From assembly GCA_028534125.1 (NCBI GenBank), contig CM052817.1, positions 57,600,001 to 57,664,000 of the forward strand: a DNA stretch of 64,000 nt, in the 5' to 3' direction. Each line of letters begins with the position of its first letter. Within the stretch, counting starts at the first letter, position 1. This DNA comes from Lama glama. Taxonomy: Eukaryota. Positions 40,179 to 54,300 of this stretch are shown one piece after another. The notes under the pieces were generated by a model. The model was given only the letters and a program-made list of their open reading frames with translations. It had not been told where the DNA came from and ran no database searches. Made by a program: the position numbers and the translations under genes.

Positions 40179-41544
40179 AAAAATATGTTTAATATTATAT
40201 AGTATATGTTTTTATAAATGTATAGAATACATAAAAACATTGTATGTTTATATGTAATATACATATACATAAATGATACAATATAACAAAATTCTCTTCT
40301 CCTTTTAAAGAGGTTTAAACTCAGCATGTTACACACTTAGCTATGTTCATCCCACCTTATGCCTTTAGAATTCTAATAAATCACTGAAGTCAATATTTTA
40401 GTTTAAATTATTACATCACAGTTTTATTTTTAACCATCTGAAGGACAAAAGCCACAGACAGAATCTGGTTCTGTCTCACTTGGTGATCCCTCCCCCTAGC
40501 AAGCACATTTAATTATAACCCTCCTCATTTTGATTATAGTACTTTGCTAATTTGAAGTTCTACCTTGTCAATTAATGAAGCTTGTGGTATCTGTAAAAAA
40601 TCATGAATCCATGGTTACAATTTTAATTATAGCATACATGTTACAAATCTGAGCCATCCATCCCCAAGGACATTCTCCTTTGTGTAAAGTGTCAAGAAAT
40701 TGGTCTCCTTCCTTTGACTTTGTGTCGCCTTCTTGAAATATAATGAATACCTATTGGTGACAGCATCCCTTTCCCAGTATGCACTGTTGAGAATCATGAG
40801 CTGTACTAAAAGGTATTTTGCTAAACTCAGGCACTGGTGCAAATGTGCCATTTACGAAATGTCGTCATGACACGAGGCACTTTTGAAACACTGAACGACC
40901 TTGGTCTCTAACAAGCTAACATAAAGGTATAAAGGCTTTTTTGAAAAGAGAAAATACTGAGAAGAAATGTGAAAAAAAAATACCATTCATGAATGTATGC
41001 AGTTATTTCCAAGATTTTCACAAATTTAAAATCCTAAGGGATATTACCACTGCCTTTTGGTCATTAACCAAAAAATAATGGACAGTAAAGGCAGAAAGGA
41101 TAAAGGTAAAGAAATCTAAGATTCTTCAAATTTGAGGTTTTATAGTTTAATGGTATTATGATTTGCTAAGAAATGATATAATTTACAGTGTTTTATAAAA
41201 AAAGCATTTGAAATGTCTATTTCAAATTTCATTTCCTACTTCTTTCTAAAAGATACTTAATATATTTCAGTTCTGACTAATCACAGAAATGTAGCATATC
41301 TGAGATCCTCATAACAGAAAGTCTTGACTTCAGGGCGATTGATTTATAAACTTATGAAAGAATATTAAAAGTTAGTATCTCCATGGCCAAGTTGGGAGAT
41401 ACATATGTTGACCATTGTACTAGATCCAGTGTGATCCTATCATTATAAATGTGTTTACCAATTAAAATGCTCTGTTATAATGTTAAGGTCGTACCCATGT
41501 TTCATTTGATGGTTCAGAATAACAGATGTTAGCCAAGAGTGTCA

Positions 41545-41790
41545 TAGTGTCAGTTTATTAACATTTTAGGCCCTGGAGCCAGACTGTTTTAGTCCACATT
41601 CCAGCTCTGCTCCTTATTAGCTGTGTAACCTTGGGCAATTTATCCAACCTCTTTGCGACTCAGTTTTCGTAACTCTAAAAATAGATATAATAATGATACC
41701 TACTTCAAAGGTTTGTAGTGAATATTAAACTAAACAAAACACAGTACACACTTAGAACAATGTAAGTTCTCAAATATCATCTACTGTTAG
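41545..41790 (+). mobile_element. MIR
   Basis: ggccctggagccagactg...ccagctctgctccttattagctgtgtaaccttgggcaatttatccaacctctttgcgactcagttttc. Confidence 0.85.
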
Positions 41791-42619
41791 TATGAATTTT
41801 ATTATTACCCACAGTGCATTTCTTGTATCAATTAGGTCTTTATCTGAAATACTTTCGCTGATTTCTATCTCCTGTCAGTGTTAGTATAGGCTGTCTGTAC
41901 CACAGAGAAGGAAAAGTGGGTGAGAGGGAGGAAGGCAGCCTGAGAACCGTGGAAATCAACATTCTCCTATCAGAAATGATAAAATGATATTGCTGCACAC
42001 AGCAATGATCCACTGAGAATGTTTTCCTGTGTCTCTATGTTAATTCTCTCAATTATTGATTGATGCCTCATCTAAGTACTCATGTCATCATTTGAGTAAA
42101 GTGATTTTGCAGCCTTATCAATGAGGCAGGAGACAGAACTCCAGGGTGTTCACCACTGGGTTTTCTGTGCGTGGGTGAACACACCAATGGCTCTTAATAA
42201 GCACTGAGGAATGAGTGGGGCTCTGTATTCACAGAGGTGTTTTTTTTTTTTTTATGTATTTATACTCTCCCCCCAAATCTCCCTCTTCTTCAGCCTGCTT
42301 AGAAGCATAAAGACAGAATGATTATTATTCTCACATATGATTTACCTCCCCCATCACCCCACCTTAACAAGTAGGAGTTTAAGGCCTCAAGGAAGAAAAA
42401 AAATTACTTAAGAGAGGGACCTGGCATTGGCAAGAAAACAAAATAATCAAAAGCATAAATCACCAATGGATATGCTTAGACTGTTATGCCTAAAACCAAA
42501 TTATTCATTCAGCAGAAGCAGTAGGTTTTTATGGCTAAATCATGAATTGTCATTTTAGATATATTGACTTAAGGGTCTGGGGTACTTAACGTTCTCCTAC
42601 CCTCTGATACACTTGGCTA

Positions 42620-43000
42620 CACAAGCACCCTGCTCTGGACATCCTGAGGTTCGCATCACTGCTGAAAACTGCCAAACTCATCTCTTCTCCTTGATTTTCC
42701 TGTCCTTGCCTACTGAGGTTCTAGCTTACCCCTCAGGGCAGTGTGCAGAGTCTACCTCCTCTCTGAAACCTCTTAACCATTCCCCCTGGCAAATTGAGTT
42801 CCTTTATTCTGTGTCCTCTCTACACTGATTGTTGAGATACCATGATATTTATCTCATATAGTAATTTTCTATTCACATTTGTCTTCCCCCAGAAACTGTG
42901 TTTTGATAGTAGGGGTTGTGTTTGGTCATCAGTGTATCCCCAGGGCTAGCTCAGTGCCTGGCAACACTACATAGGTGCTCAATAATGTTTGAGGAATCAA
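42620..43000 (+). mobile_element. L2 3' end
   Basis: gtgtatccccagggctagctcagtgcctggc...cataggtgctcaataatgtttgaggaat. Confidence 0.7.
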
Positions 43001-43449
43001 TCTACAGGTGTAGAGAATTTTCTTTATTATTTACTCATAATTAAGGGATTGGCAGTTTCTTAGTCAACTAGACCCCCAAATTCAGAGTTCTCTTTGTAGT
43101 TTTAGTTCTTCTTTATCCCTTATATCAAATAAATCAATATTTATATTTGCTATTTATAGATATATATTATATATTATTTATATATTTATCTGTATTTATT
43201 CCATTAAATAAAGAAATCAATATTTACTTATCTGTAAGATATTTCTAAATTTCCTTTCCAGTGCCAGTGCTTTTGTTCAGATACCAACTGTCACATATTT
43301 GCAATATTAAACAATCATTGAACTGGCATCAATAACTCTGATCTTTCCCCAACCAATTAATCATACTCTTTTCTCACCATTTAATTTTTCTAAAATACCC
43401 ACCATTCTATTGACAAAAGTCTCTAATTTCAAATCTATCTTTTTTTTTT

Positions 43450-45660
43450 ATATGTGACAGTTGATGAGTAAAGTTGGTTAGTGGTAAGTAAATTCCAAAT
43501 CTGTTTTAAATTACCTCTCCCACCCTATCCTTTACTTCATCGAAACAGTTATCAGTTTATTGGGATCTGTCCAGAAAATCTTTCCATATGCATCTGTGGG
43601 TGTGTACAGATGTGTATAGAAAGCCCTGTGTTTGTTCTTTAAAAGTGGTAGAGTAGTCTATACACACCATTCTGCCTCTTGCATTTTTAACTTACTCACA
43701 TGTCTAAGAAATTATTCCTTGTCAGTATTTCTGAATCTGCACCATTTTTTTAAAGAATCTTTTTCATGTTTGCCCTCTTTTCAGTTTTTTATTGTATTTA
43801 AGTATATATAACATAAAATTTTTCATTTTAACCAATTCCAAATGTACAACTCAGTGGCATTAAGTACATTCGCAGTATTGTGAAACCATAGCTACTGTCC
43901 CTTTCCAGCACTTTTTCATTATCCCAAACAGAAACCCTGTATCCATTAAATAGTATCTCCTCATTTCTTCTTTCCCTCAGTCCGTCTAGTCTACTTTGTC
44001 TCTGTGAATTTTCCTATTCTAGGTGTCTCATTAAAGTGGAATCATGTGATACTTGTTTTTCTTTGTCTTATTTCACTTAGCATGTTTTCAGGGTTCATCT
44101 ATATTACAGTATGTATCAGAATTTCACTCCTTGTCATGACTGAATAATATTCCATTGTATGTATACACCACATTTTGTTTACTCATTTGTCTGTTGATGG
44201 TTACTTGGGTTGTTCCCACCTTTTGGCTATTGTAAATAATGCTGCTATGAACATTGGTATGCAGCTATCTGTTTGAATCCCTGCTTTCAATTATTTTGGG
44301 TATATACCTAAGAGAGAAATTGCTTTGTGGTAATTCTGTGTTTAATTCTTTGAGGAACTGCTAAACTATTTTCCATATTTTATATCCTCACCAACAATGC
44401 ATGCAGCTTTCAATTTCTCCGCATTCTCACCAACTCTTGTTTTTTCCCTTTCTTTGTTTCTTTTGTTTCTCTTTCTCTCTTGCTTTCTTTATTATTTTAA
44501 TAACCATCCAAATAGGTGTGAAGTGGTATCCCATTGTGGTGTTGGTTTGCATTTCTTTAATGTCACCTGACATCTTTTTCATGTGCTTATTGGCTATTTG
44601 CATATATTTCATTCTTTCAAAACTGTAAAATATTTTATATATAAAAGTCTATATCACAAACTCTGAACCTGCAGCTCCAGAAAAAACTTCTTACCTGAAA
44701 TTTACATTTATTCTTTCTATTTTTTAATTAAATTAAAAAATTTTAAACAGAAGTATAGTTGATTTACAGTGTTGTGTTAGTTTCTGGTGTACAGCACAGT
44801 GATTCAGTTATATTATTTTCTATTCTTTCTAGTTTTGCTACATATATATCTCCTAAAATAATATAATGCTTTATTTTGCTTTTTTATGAACTTTTTCATA
44901 TTGCATGTATTTTTTCTATATTGCTTTATTCACTCAATGTTTCTGAGATTTGTGCATGTGGATTGCTCTAATTATGAGTTATTCATTTCACTGCTCTATA
45001 GTATCCCACTGCATAACTGCACTTTAATCTATTTATCTATTATTTAGCCAATTAACAAGAAACCTACAAAATGCCCAAAGGTTATTAAGAATTCTGTTAC
45101 TACAAAAAATTCGTATACAAGTCTTCTGGTACATATGTGTAAAAGTATACGCAGGAGGTGAACTGTTGGGTTATGAGGCATGTTTATTTTCAAATTTAGT
45201 GGATAATGCCAAATTACTTTCAAAATACTTGTTCAAGGTTGTACTTCCACCACTACCTCACATGAATTGTATTATACACATAGGTAGATTATAGAAAATC
45301 AAACATGTTTAATATTAGATACATTATTTGAAAAATTTTAAGCCTTTTTTGGTGGAGAATGTTGTTGGTCTCATATTTACCTGGTTTGTGTAAATGTTCC
45401 AAAAATGAGTTTGAAGATACTGTGGGATTCTGTAGTTGTGTGTGCTTATATAAAAAGTTAAGGATGCTAAAATGTACCAATATGAAGTGGATTAGTTGAT
45501 TTTCAATTTTTGAAGCTAGGTTATTAGATGCAGCATGATTTTAAATTGTTGTTTTTGCCTGGTGAACTGAAACTTCTATTATAATGACTCTCAATCTCTG
45601 GCATTGCTTTCAATTTTTAAGTCTATTTTCTTTTATATTACAGTTTTGTCAGTTTTTAAA
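43450..45660 (-). mobile_element. Nested L1 fragments: L1ME-like host, L1MB-like insert at about 43780-44620, short young L1 3' end at about 44725-44815
   Basis: tgtacaactcagtggcattaagtacattc; ggctattgtaaataatgctgctatgaacatt; gaagtatagttgatttacagtgttgtgttagtttctggtgtacagc. Confidence 0.8.
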
Positions 45661-45667
45661 TAGTAAT

Positions 45668-46164
45668 TGTAATGATTAATTTTATGTGTCAACTTGACTG
45701 GGCTAAGGGATGCCCAGATAGCTCATAAAACATTATTTCTGGCTGTGTCTGTCATTAGCATTTAATTCAGTAGACTAGATAAAAAGATCTACTCTCACCA
45801 ATGTGGGCAGATACAATTCAATCTGTTGGAAACCCAAATGGAAAAAAATTAAAAAAAAAAAAAAAGAAGGGAAAGTTCTCGCTCTCTCTTCTTGGGCTGG
45901 GACAACCATGTTCTGTTCCTCAGAACCCCTGGTTCTGGAACTTTTGACCTTAGACTGAGATTTACACCATAGTCTCTTCTTGTTCTCAGGCCTTTGGATT
46001 TAGACTGAATTATCTCGCTGGTTTTCCTGGTTCTCCAGATTGCAGACACCAGATTGTGGGATTTCTTGGCTTGCATGATCACATGAGTCAATTCCTATAA
46101 TAAATCTCTCTCTCTTCTCTATAGCTTATTGGTTCTGTTTCTATGGAGAACCCTGACTAACACA
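45668..46164 (+). mobile_element. MLT2 (ERVL) solo LTR
   Basis: Starts tgtaatgattaattttatgtgtcaacttgactgggct and ends tctgtttctatggagaaccctgactaacaca. 5-bp TSD GTAAT at 45663-45667 / 46165-46169. Confidence 0.92.
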
Positions 46165-46169
46165 GTAAT

Positions 46170-47180
46170 ACAGATAAATCAACTTCTTTTGGTTGTAGTT
46201 TTAATTTTAAATTCCCTGTGTTCTTATGATGTAGGTGTTTCTCATAAATAACACATAGCTGGATTTATTTATTGATTTCTGTCATTTTTATCCAGTCTTT
46301 TACCTGCACTCTCCAGTTAAAAGAGAGTTTTGATATTATGATAACTTGTATATGAATTTATTTTCCAATTTTTGCTGTCGTTGTCTAATCAGTTTTAGTC
46401 TAAATGCTATTTCCCTGGAGCGAATGTAACTTTTTTCTCAGAATGGCTTTAAGATCTTATCTTTATTTTTGGTGTTCTATATGGTTTCAGCATAATATCT
46501 AGATGTATTTCTTTTTTATTTATTTTACTTGGAATTTTTTGCTTTCTCAATATGTTGATTTTTGTTTTATAACAATGCTGGAAAATTTCCAGCATTACCT
46601 TTCCCAATATTACTGCTTTTTACATTTTTCCAATGGAGTATTCTTCTAATACTTCAAATAGAGGTTGATTGGACATTCTACCACAATTCCCTATGTCTTG
46701 TAATCTCTCATTATTTTTCATCTCTGTTTCTCTCACTTTATTTTCTGGTATCCTTTGTCCTCAGCCGTTCGAGTTTTCTGCAGTATAGAGAGAGTTATTT
46801 CTAAGTTCTCTGCAAATGTCAAAACTTCTAGATTAAGATGGAATACAGATTCTGTGTCTAATTTTCTTCCTTCCAATGGTTTCAATTTTCATGTTTGTTT
46901 CTTCTCCCATAGTAAATACTCTTACTTGTACTCAGTACCCAGACATCACAACATTGGATGTCTTTATGGTTTTAGGTTTGTTGTTTATTATTTTCTGCTC
47001 TCTTACACATGGTGGCTTATTTCCTGATTTGTTCTGTGACTTTCTTTTTTTAAATTGTGACCTCTTATTTGTTGCAACTCTATTGTGGCTTCTTTAAGAC
47101 TGTCATTGAGAGAGAGTTCTCCTAAGAGCAGTGGTTTCTCTTTCTATCATCCCAAAGGCCCTACCAACTAGGTTCTTCCT
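46170..47180 (-). mobile_element. Old L1 (L1ME-like) ORF1-region fragment
   Basis: T-rich antisense L1 text (ttttaagatcttatctttatttttggtgttct, ctggaaaatttccagcatta). Confidence 0.6.
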
Positions 47181-48039
47181 ATAGAAGGTTGTATCCTCAC
47201 CTGTTAAAATTGATGGGATTATTGAAACATCATTTTAAATTAAATTCAGTCAGATTATTATTGTTTTGTCTATATGATAAAAATCCTCTTTTATTTAAGT
47301 AACTGTAACTTTTTAGCAGAATAGAAATGGTTTAAATGTCATATAGCGAGTCTTGGATGAGGTATAGACGTTTCCTTGAAATTTCAAGAATGCTTTCATA
47401 AGTGCTACATAAGTACTATTTTTCACCATTCTTTACTTTTAAAACAAAATACAATAACTTTTCCCCTCATGAAATTTTTAGTCTAAAATTTGTAGACATT
47501 TTGAAGGCTATTTCTCAGTTACTCTTTCTGTATATCTGTTTATCCAGTAATTTATGATATTCAACCTAAAAATAAGTTTTGATATCTTTCCAATACAGGC
47601 AGCCAGTCCTTCAGCCTATATAAATAGACTGATTTGGTTATTTTGTTGGTTTGAAGAGAGCTACAATCTGGTGTGGAGTAAAATGACTCTAGGTTACTAA
47701 AAAAGACTTCAAGGGAAACTCTAGGTGACTCCTATGCTAGGAAAAAGAGAGACAAATGGCCTCTTAAAAAGAAAATAGATTATAGTGTCTCTAGGTTGTG
47801 AGGGGTTAGGGTGGATAACCTAGCAAAGCCATTCTCTAGCTGACCCATATCATAGATGGCAAATTTGTCTGGGGATTTTAATATTCAGGAAAGAAGTGGC
47901 CACAATTAAGCCTCTAAAGAAACCCAGAAAACAGAAGCATTGAGTAAGAAAGTGGTCAATGGCTGCTAATAAGAGATGTGACCCAGGAAGAGACCCAGTA
48001 TCTTCAACCACCATGAAATGAGAGGCATCCACAAACTGG

Positions 48040-48510
48040 AGTGTCTTCAGCTGTGTTTGCTGGAGTCCTTCTGCACTCAGCTTTATTGCCCATCATGTCT
48101 GTACTCTGCTTCATATTTCTGGGGGCTGCCCCCTGGACTCCATTTCATGAGCTCCTGAGTGGGTTGCCTTCCATCTGGGTTTGACTAATGGGAGGTACTG
48201 ATGGGTGACTGGTGGGCAGGCAAAGAGGAATCAACCAGGCTATTTTTCTTTTTTGTCCTTCTCTGCCCTGAAGTGCTTCTCTGACAGTGACTGTATCTCC
48301 TTATCGTTTTCAGCTCCATCTGAATAGGCCTGCCATTTGTCCAGCTACTGTCATTTGACTCTAATAACTGATCTGATAACACCACTTCTTCTCTTTGTTT
48401 CACCAAAATGAACAAGGTAAATTTCCGATGTTAATTTCTAATTTCCTTAAACATCTGGATTCCAATTGTTTAATCTGTAAAAATTATGGTGATCTGTTTT
48501 TCTGAGAATA
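48040..48510 (+). mobile_element. LTR33-like ERVL LTR
   Basis: ggttgccttccatctgggtttgactaatgggaggtactga...ctgataacaccacttcttctctttgtttc. Confidence 0.55.
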
Positions 48511-51366
48511 ATACCAGTATATTCTGCAATGTTGTTTTCTTGAATTTTGAATTCTCTGCTCCTCTACATTTTACTATAATCTTAGAAGAAGATGTAGAGA
48601 TTGGTTTGATTATTTTATAGAACAGGGTATTCTGAACAGAGAAAGATCTCAGAGTCCTCAATAGAGAATACCATCCGGGGTACCAAAGGAGAGAGTAGGA
48701 GTAACCAGAGAGTAACTAGACTTAGAACCAGAAGTTGGTATTTCGTATGAATTTGGAAACAGGAGCCTCAAGCTATGAAAATGATTTCATGTATTGAGTT
48801 GGGAATCAAATGTGGGAGAATATCTTATATGATTGTCTAGAAGAGATTTTTTTAAAAAAAGTTGTGGCCTATTTACTTTGGAGAGCTGGGACTTGATATA
48901 TTGGTGAGAGCTCAGCTTAAACACTTTTTCACTGTTCTGTTCAGAAACTAGCCTGGTTCCCACAGGCTGCTGCATATGATTAATTTTAAGGCAGGTCTTG
49001 GGTATAGGATGAAGTTATCCTTGATAAGAATAAGGCACATGGGCATATCTGGATACAAGATTGATTGGAGATTGTAGCCCTTATTTGAGCAGCAGCATCC
49101 TGGCAACAACTCTGTATTATGGAAAGAACACAAACTTTTGTTGTAAGCAAGGATTTTATCATATACTGTTATGTGAACTAAGATAGCACTGCTGAAGAAT
49201 CAAATAAGAATAATTGTTTTTGGAAAATGAAATTTTAATGTCAAATAAATAATTACAACACTTCTAAAGTCATGAGCCATGCAGTCCAGCCTCAGAATGG
49301 TTTTGAGATCAAAGGAACACTTCTCAACACTCGAAGTAAATAACAAAGTAGGTCAACATCTCTTCCTCTGGCTAGGATTTTGCTCCAAATTAGATGGACC
49401 ACATGGAGCTACAATGCCATGACTCAAAAAGCATTCCTTCTTTTGCTTTTCTCTTCTCTTATAAATCAGACCATACCCAGCTTCCAACTTGGCAAGAAGC
49501 TAAGCAAAGACAATGCAGAGCGAAAGTAAGAAATCCTGTAAAACATATAGATGGTATATCAAATGGAATGGAACTTCAATTCTGTTTGGAGTTGGGCTTT
49601 TGGATACTGACACTGATAGATTCCAAACCTGACCTAACCATACCATGTAAGACTTGGATGGTTGACTGCATTTTTGGAGAAAAATGAAATCAGTACCCTA
49701 GTTTTCTTCTCTATTGGTCATAGAAAGAGTTCCAATGTACCACATAACCAAGTCCTTACAGCTTATCATGTGTGGCACAAGTCTGAGGAAGCAGCTCTTA
49801 TGTGCTTTATGAAGTTTTCTAATTTATTTCTATGACAAGAATAAGAGTCTAATCCCAGAGGTGGAGACCACGTATAGATCAGAAAGTCACAACAGAAGTA
49901 CAGTCATGGGCATAAAGCGAGCCTACTGGGTTTAACAGAAAGCCTGAGGTTTAGTGGAAATGTGGCACCGCCACTAAGCCTGGGTAGTTTAAACTGGGTT
50001 AAAGGCAGCCAGAATTAAGCAAGATCCCACCAGCCAGCAGAAGTAAACTTTCTGGTAAAAGCATGGCCTCTTCTGGCTGGCACTGGCTCAAGAACACACA
50101 GGGCAGTGCTAGGAGAATGAAGGTCTCTGAAAGGCATCAGTTAACACTCTAGGAATTGCTTTGCATAATGCCAAATGATTTTGACATAATTGAGATCTTT
50201 AGCTTTCATGAATTTACATATAACCAGTTTAGAGTAATACAAATAAACAAAATAAAAAAGGTCAAATTCAAACAATAGCTTGGGTGCAAGATAAGCTACT
50301 TGGTTGAATTGTTGAGTACTTGAACAATTCTTAAACCTGCTGGATGTGTGCAGAAAAAGCCTGAGAGAGCTGTGCTGATTTTTCCCCAAGATACAGACCC
50401 TCTGTTTTATTCATAATTGTGATCTTTGACACAATCGAGGAAAGGTTAGTTTCTTCCCCTTCTCAAGTATGCAGGCTGATTAGTCATATCTTAACACTAT
50501 GTGAAAAGTCTCTCATAAGTATAAGTAAGCCCATTTTTAAAATTGTCTTCTAGTGTGTGTAATTGATAATTGCACATTTATCTTTATATCATTTCTAAGT
50601 TGTTACTGCAGTTGAGTAAGTCCCATTCTAGTTGATACACTAGATACATGTCTTACAGCATTTCTTACGTTTGTTCTGCAGAGTCTTTGCTTAGATTCTT
50701 TCCAACCATAAAACGAAAGTTAATCTCTGTTATATCATTTTATACTTCTGTTTATATTTTCTTTTGCTATTTGGTGATATACTATATATAGAAGCATCAT
50801 CAAATAACACACGTATGTTTTCACCCAACTACATTTTCCTGAGACTTTAGAAATGCTAAAAGTAAGTGTGAGTAAGATGAGTTTTTATAAGTCTTAAGTT
50901 ATTCCAGTGCTCAGGGACTCTGAGTATGGAAAAATTTTACATATAATTTATTCATTTGTCCACCCACCCCATTCACGAAAAGATTTAAGTGGCCACTTAG
51001 CTTTATAAATGGCTTAGAGCTTTGTCTTATGGGAAAGTTTACCTCCATCTAGCAAAAATTTAATATTTTTAGGGACACTGACATTTCCTGATGGAATTAG
51101 TCATCCGTTACTCATTGTGCAGTTAACACTATGCAGCTAAAACTCAAATTTTGGATATTTACAAGAGGTACATAGATGTGTGTGCAGATGTGTGTTAATA
51201 AGGCAGATATAACTCATGTTACAAAGGGGGGGCACCAATTCAAACCATATGGGTTTTATTTTCTCCATTTATAATGATAAAAAATGAATTATTATACTGC
51301 AACATTATGTATGGCTCTAGACTGTAAATTTTAAAAATGTCCTAAATCTTATCATTAGTGCATATG

Positions 51367-51866
51367 NNNNNNNNNNNNNNNNNNNNNNNNNNNNNNNNNN
51401 NNNNNNNNNNNNNNNNNNNNNNNNNNNNNNNNNNNNNNNNNNNNNNNNNNNNNNNNNNNNNNNNNNNNNNNNNNNNNNNNNNNNNNNNNNNNNNNNNNNN
51501 NNNNNNNNNNNNNNNNNNNNNNNNNNNNNNNNNNNNNNNNNNNNNNNNNNNNNNNNNNNNNNNNNNNNNNNNNNNNNNNNNNNNNNNNNNNNNNNNNNNN
51601 NNNNNNNNNNNNNNNNNNNNNNNNNNNNNNNNNNNNNNNNNNNNNNNNNNNNNNNNNNNNNNNNNNNNNNNNNNNNNNNNNNNNNNNNNNNNNNNNNNNN
51701 NNNNNNNNNNNNNNNNNNNNNNNNNNNNNNNNNNNNNNNNNNNNNNNNNNNNNNNNNNNNNNNNNNNNNNNNNNNNNNNNNNNNNNNNNNNNNNNNNNNN
51801 NNNNNNNNNNNNNNNNNNNNNNNNNNNNNNNNNNNNNNNNNNNNNNNNNNNNNNNNNNNNNNNNNN
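51367..51866. other. Assembly gap (500 N)
   Basis: Run of exactly 500 n, probably a placeholder size. Confidence 1.
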
Positions 51867-52034
51867 GCAGTCTATTTGTTTCAGGTTAACACATGAATTA
51901 TGATTTCAGAATTATTAACATGTACACATGGGAAGACTTCCTCATTCAAGAACAGTGTTTATGTACAATTCCTTGTCTTTAGTCTTCTGAGTGATAAATA
52001 TTTATTTACTGAGAAGATTTGTAAACCAAGTATT

Positions 52035-53302
52035 ACATATATGGCCAAGTTTCTTTTCACTGCTTATATTAATATGAAAGGAAAGAGATAAATTGAAGGA
52101 ACTGTTAAGCCAAAAGGAACCAGAACTTGAAGATTTGGAAAAATCTCAGCCTATCCATATTGTAAAAAATGAGAAAACAAGTTCTGGAGAGAACACCAAG
52201 GATGTGGCTGGGCAATCACATAAAGAGATTATCCAGGATTTTAATCAAGAATCTCAGCAGGAGCCAGGGATAGAGATGGGATTATACCACTAGAGATACT
52301 GCTAGCTTGAACTGAAGGGAACAGAGATAGGAAGAGATAAAGGAAGACTTTCAGACTTTTGGGATTCTGCAGTATGGGATAATAGAGTTACCAACTGCCG
52401 GCATGCTATGTCCTGGAAGAAAAGGAAAGAATGACTGTAAAGGCAATTCAGAAATCATCAGGGCTACCACCTGCATCACAGACCCAGGAGTAAGGCCATT
52501 TCCTCCTTAGTTTCAGAGGGTGGGCCCACTTCTTTGGTTTCAGCAACCAGGTTGCCCTGCATAGAGCTGAGAAGGGTGGGGCTAGTGCCCCAGGGCTATG
52601 GAAGTGATGCTGCCACCCCAGTGGGCCTGGAGACAAATCACTTAGCCAAAGAGGATTATCCTCAAGTCTTAAGGCCTATTGAAATTTGCTTTCCTAGGTT
52701 CTAGACGTCCTTGGGTCCTATTTCCCCTTTCTTCTTTCTTATTTCTCCCTTTTGAGATGGGCATGTCTACCCTGTACCAGTGCCATCAATGTATTTTGAA
52801 AGTGCATGACTTGTCTGGTTTTATAAGGTCACAACTGGAGACGAATTACGTATCAGGGTGAATCATACTTTAAATCTCACCCATAACTGATTTAGATGAT
52901 ACATAGTTAATATTTGGGACTTGAATTGATGCTGCAGTGTATTGAGACTTTGGGGGACTATTGGTTTGGGGTGAATGTATTTTGAATTTTAGAAGGACGT
53001 GAATTTTGGAGGGCCAGAGGCAGAAAGTTATGGTATCAACTGTGTCCTTCTAAAAATTTATGTTGAAGCTTTAACCTCCTATCTGACTCTGGAAATAGTG
53101 CCTTTAGGGAAGTAATTCATGTTAAATGTGGTTGTCAGGGTGGAGCCCTAATCTGATAGGACTAATGTCTTTATAAAAGGAGGAAGAGGCACCAGGCTGC
53201 TCTCTTTCTCTCTCCACAAGTACATGCAAAAGAAGGGTCATGTGAGAACCAGCAAGAAGGTGGCCATCTTCAAGCCAGGAGAACCCTTATCAGAAACTGA
53301 AT
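52035..53302 (+). mobile_element. MaLR MLT1A/B internal region and start of the 3' LTR (from about 53027), truncated
   Basis: ctgttaagccaaaaggaaccagaacttgaagatttggaaaaatctcagcct; PPT ttttggagggccagaggcagaaa, then gttatggtatcaactgtgtcc...agcaagaaggtggccatcttcaagccagga. Confidence 0.85.
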
Positions 53303-54300
53303 TCTGTTTGGTTCTTTTTTATGACCTCTCTCCTTTCGTTGAACTTGTTTCCCATATTGTTTTTGTGATATTATTGAGTTGCCTATCTGTGTTCTCTAGA
53401 AGCTCACTAAACTTCTTTAAAATAATTATTTTGAATTAATTGTCAAAAAATTCATAGATCTTCATTTTAAGGAGTTGGTTACTGCAAATTTATTGTGTTC
53501 CTCTGGTGGTTTCATATTTCCCTGATTTCTTGTGTTCCTTGTAGCCTTACGTTGGTGTCTGCTCATGAGAAGAAGTAGTACCTCCTCCAGACCTGATATA
53601 CCAACTTCAGTAGGGAAGGACTTTCAGCTGTGGGTGGGCATGAGGATGCCAGCTGGGTGGGGTTGTGTGGTGGCACTGGGTCTGGGAGCATATAGGTTCT
53701 CTGGTGCTGGATTCAGGGGAGTGTAACGTCACAAGTTCTGGTCAGGGGATGACAAGTACCTGGTTCAAAGGTACATGTGGGCACCAGGTCAGCTGCACGT
53801 GGGGCGTCTGGGTCCAGTGAGTGTGTGGTTGCACCAAATCCTGAGGATGCACGGTGGTGTCTGCTGGACGGCAGTGCATGGTGGTATTGGTGGTGCTTCC
53901 GGCTCCAGGCAGATGTACCAACTTGGGCTTCTGGTAGCTCTGGAAGCTGGGGTTCTCATTAGTGAAAATTGTGGGATTGCTCAGCAGCAAGACTGTGGAG
54001 GTCCCTGGAAGTGGGCAGGCTGCTGGGGTCCTTCTGTTCTCCTTTTCCCCCATGAGGAAACTTCCCATTGAGCTGTGCCAGCCTGGCGAATGGGGTGATG
54101 CAGTTAAAATCAAAAGGTTCTTTCCACCCTCTTCCATATGGTTATCCTTGTTTTTTTTCTCTCCTGGGTTGCTGCAGCTTCTTAATTGGTCTCTGGAGCT
54201 CTCTCAGAGATATTTTCATCCTGGAAGTTGTTAAGTCATTGTTTTAGTGGGGGACAAGATCTAGGACCTCCTAGTCTACAATCTTGCTGATGTAACTCCA
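53303..54300 (-). mobile_element. L1 5' UTR and ORF1 start fragment
   Basis: ttctgtttggttcttttttat...agctcactaaacttctttaaaataattattttgaatt; GC-richer 5' UTR ending aatcttgctgatgtaactcc. Confidence 0.75.

Noticed and set aside
51358..51903. Longest ORF in the track (181 aa)
   Set aside because: Artefact of translating the 500-N gap.
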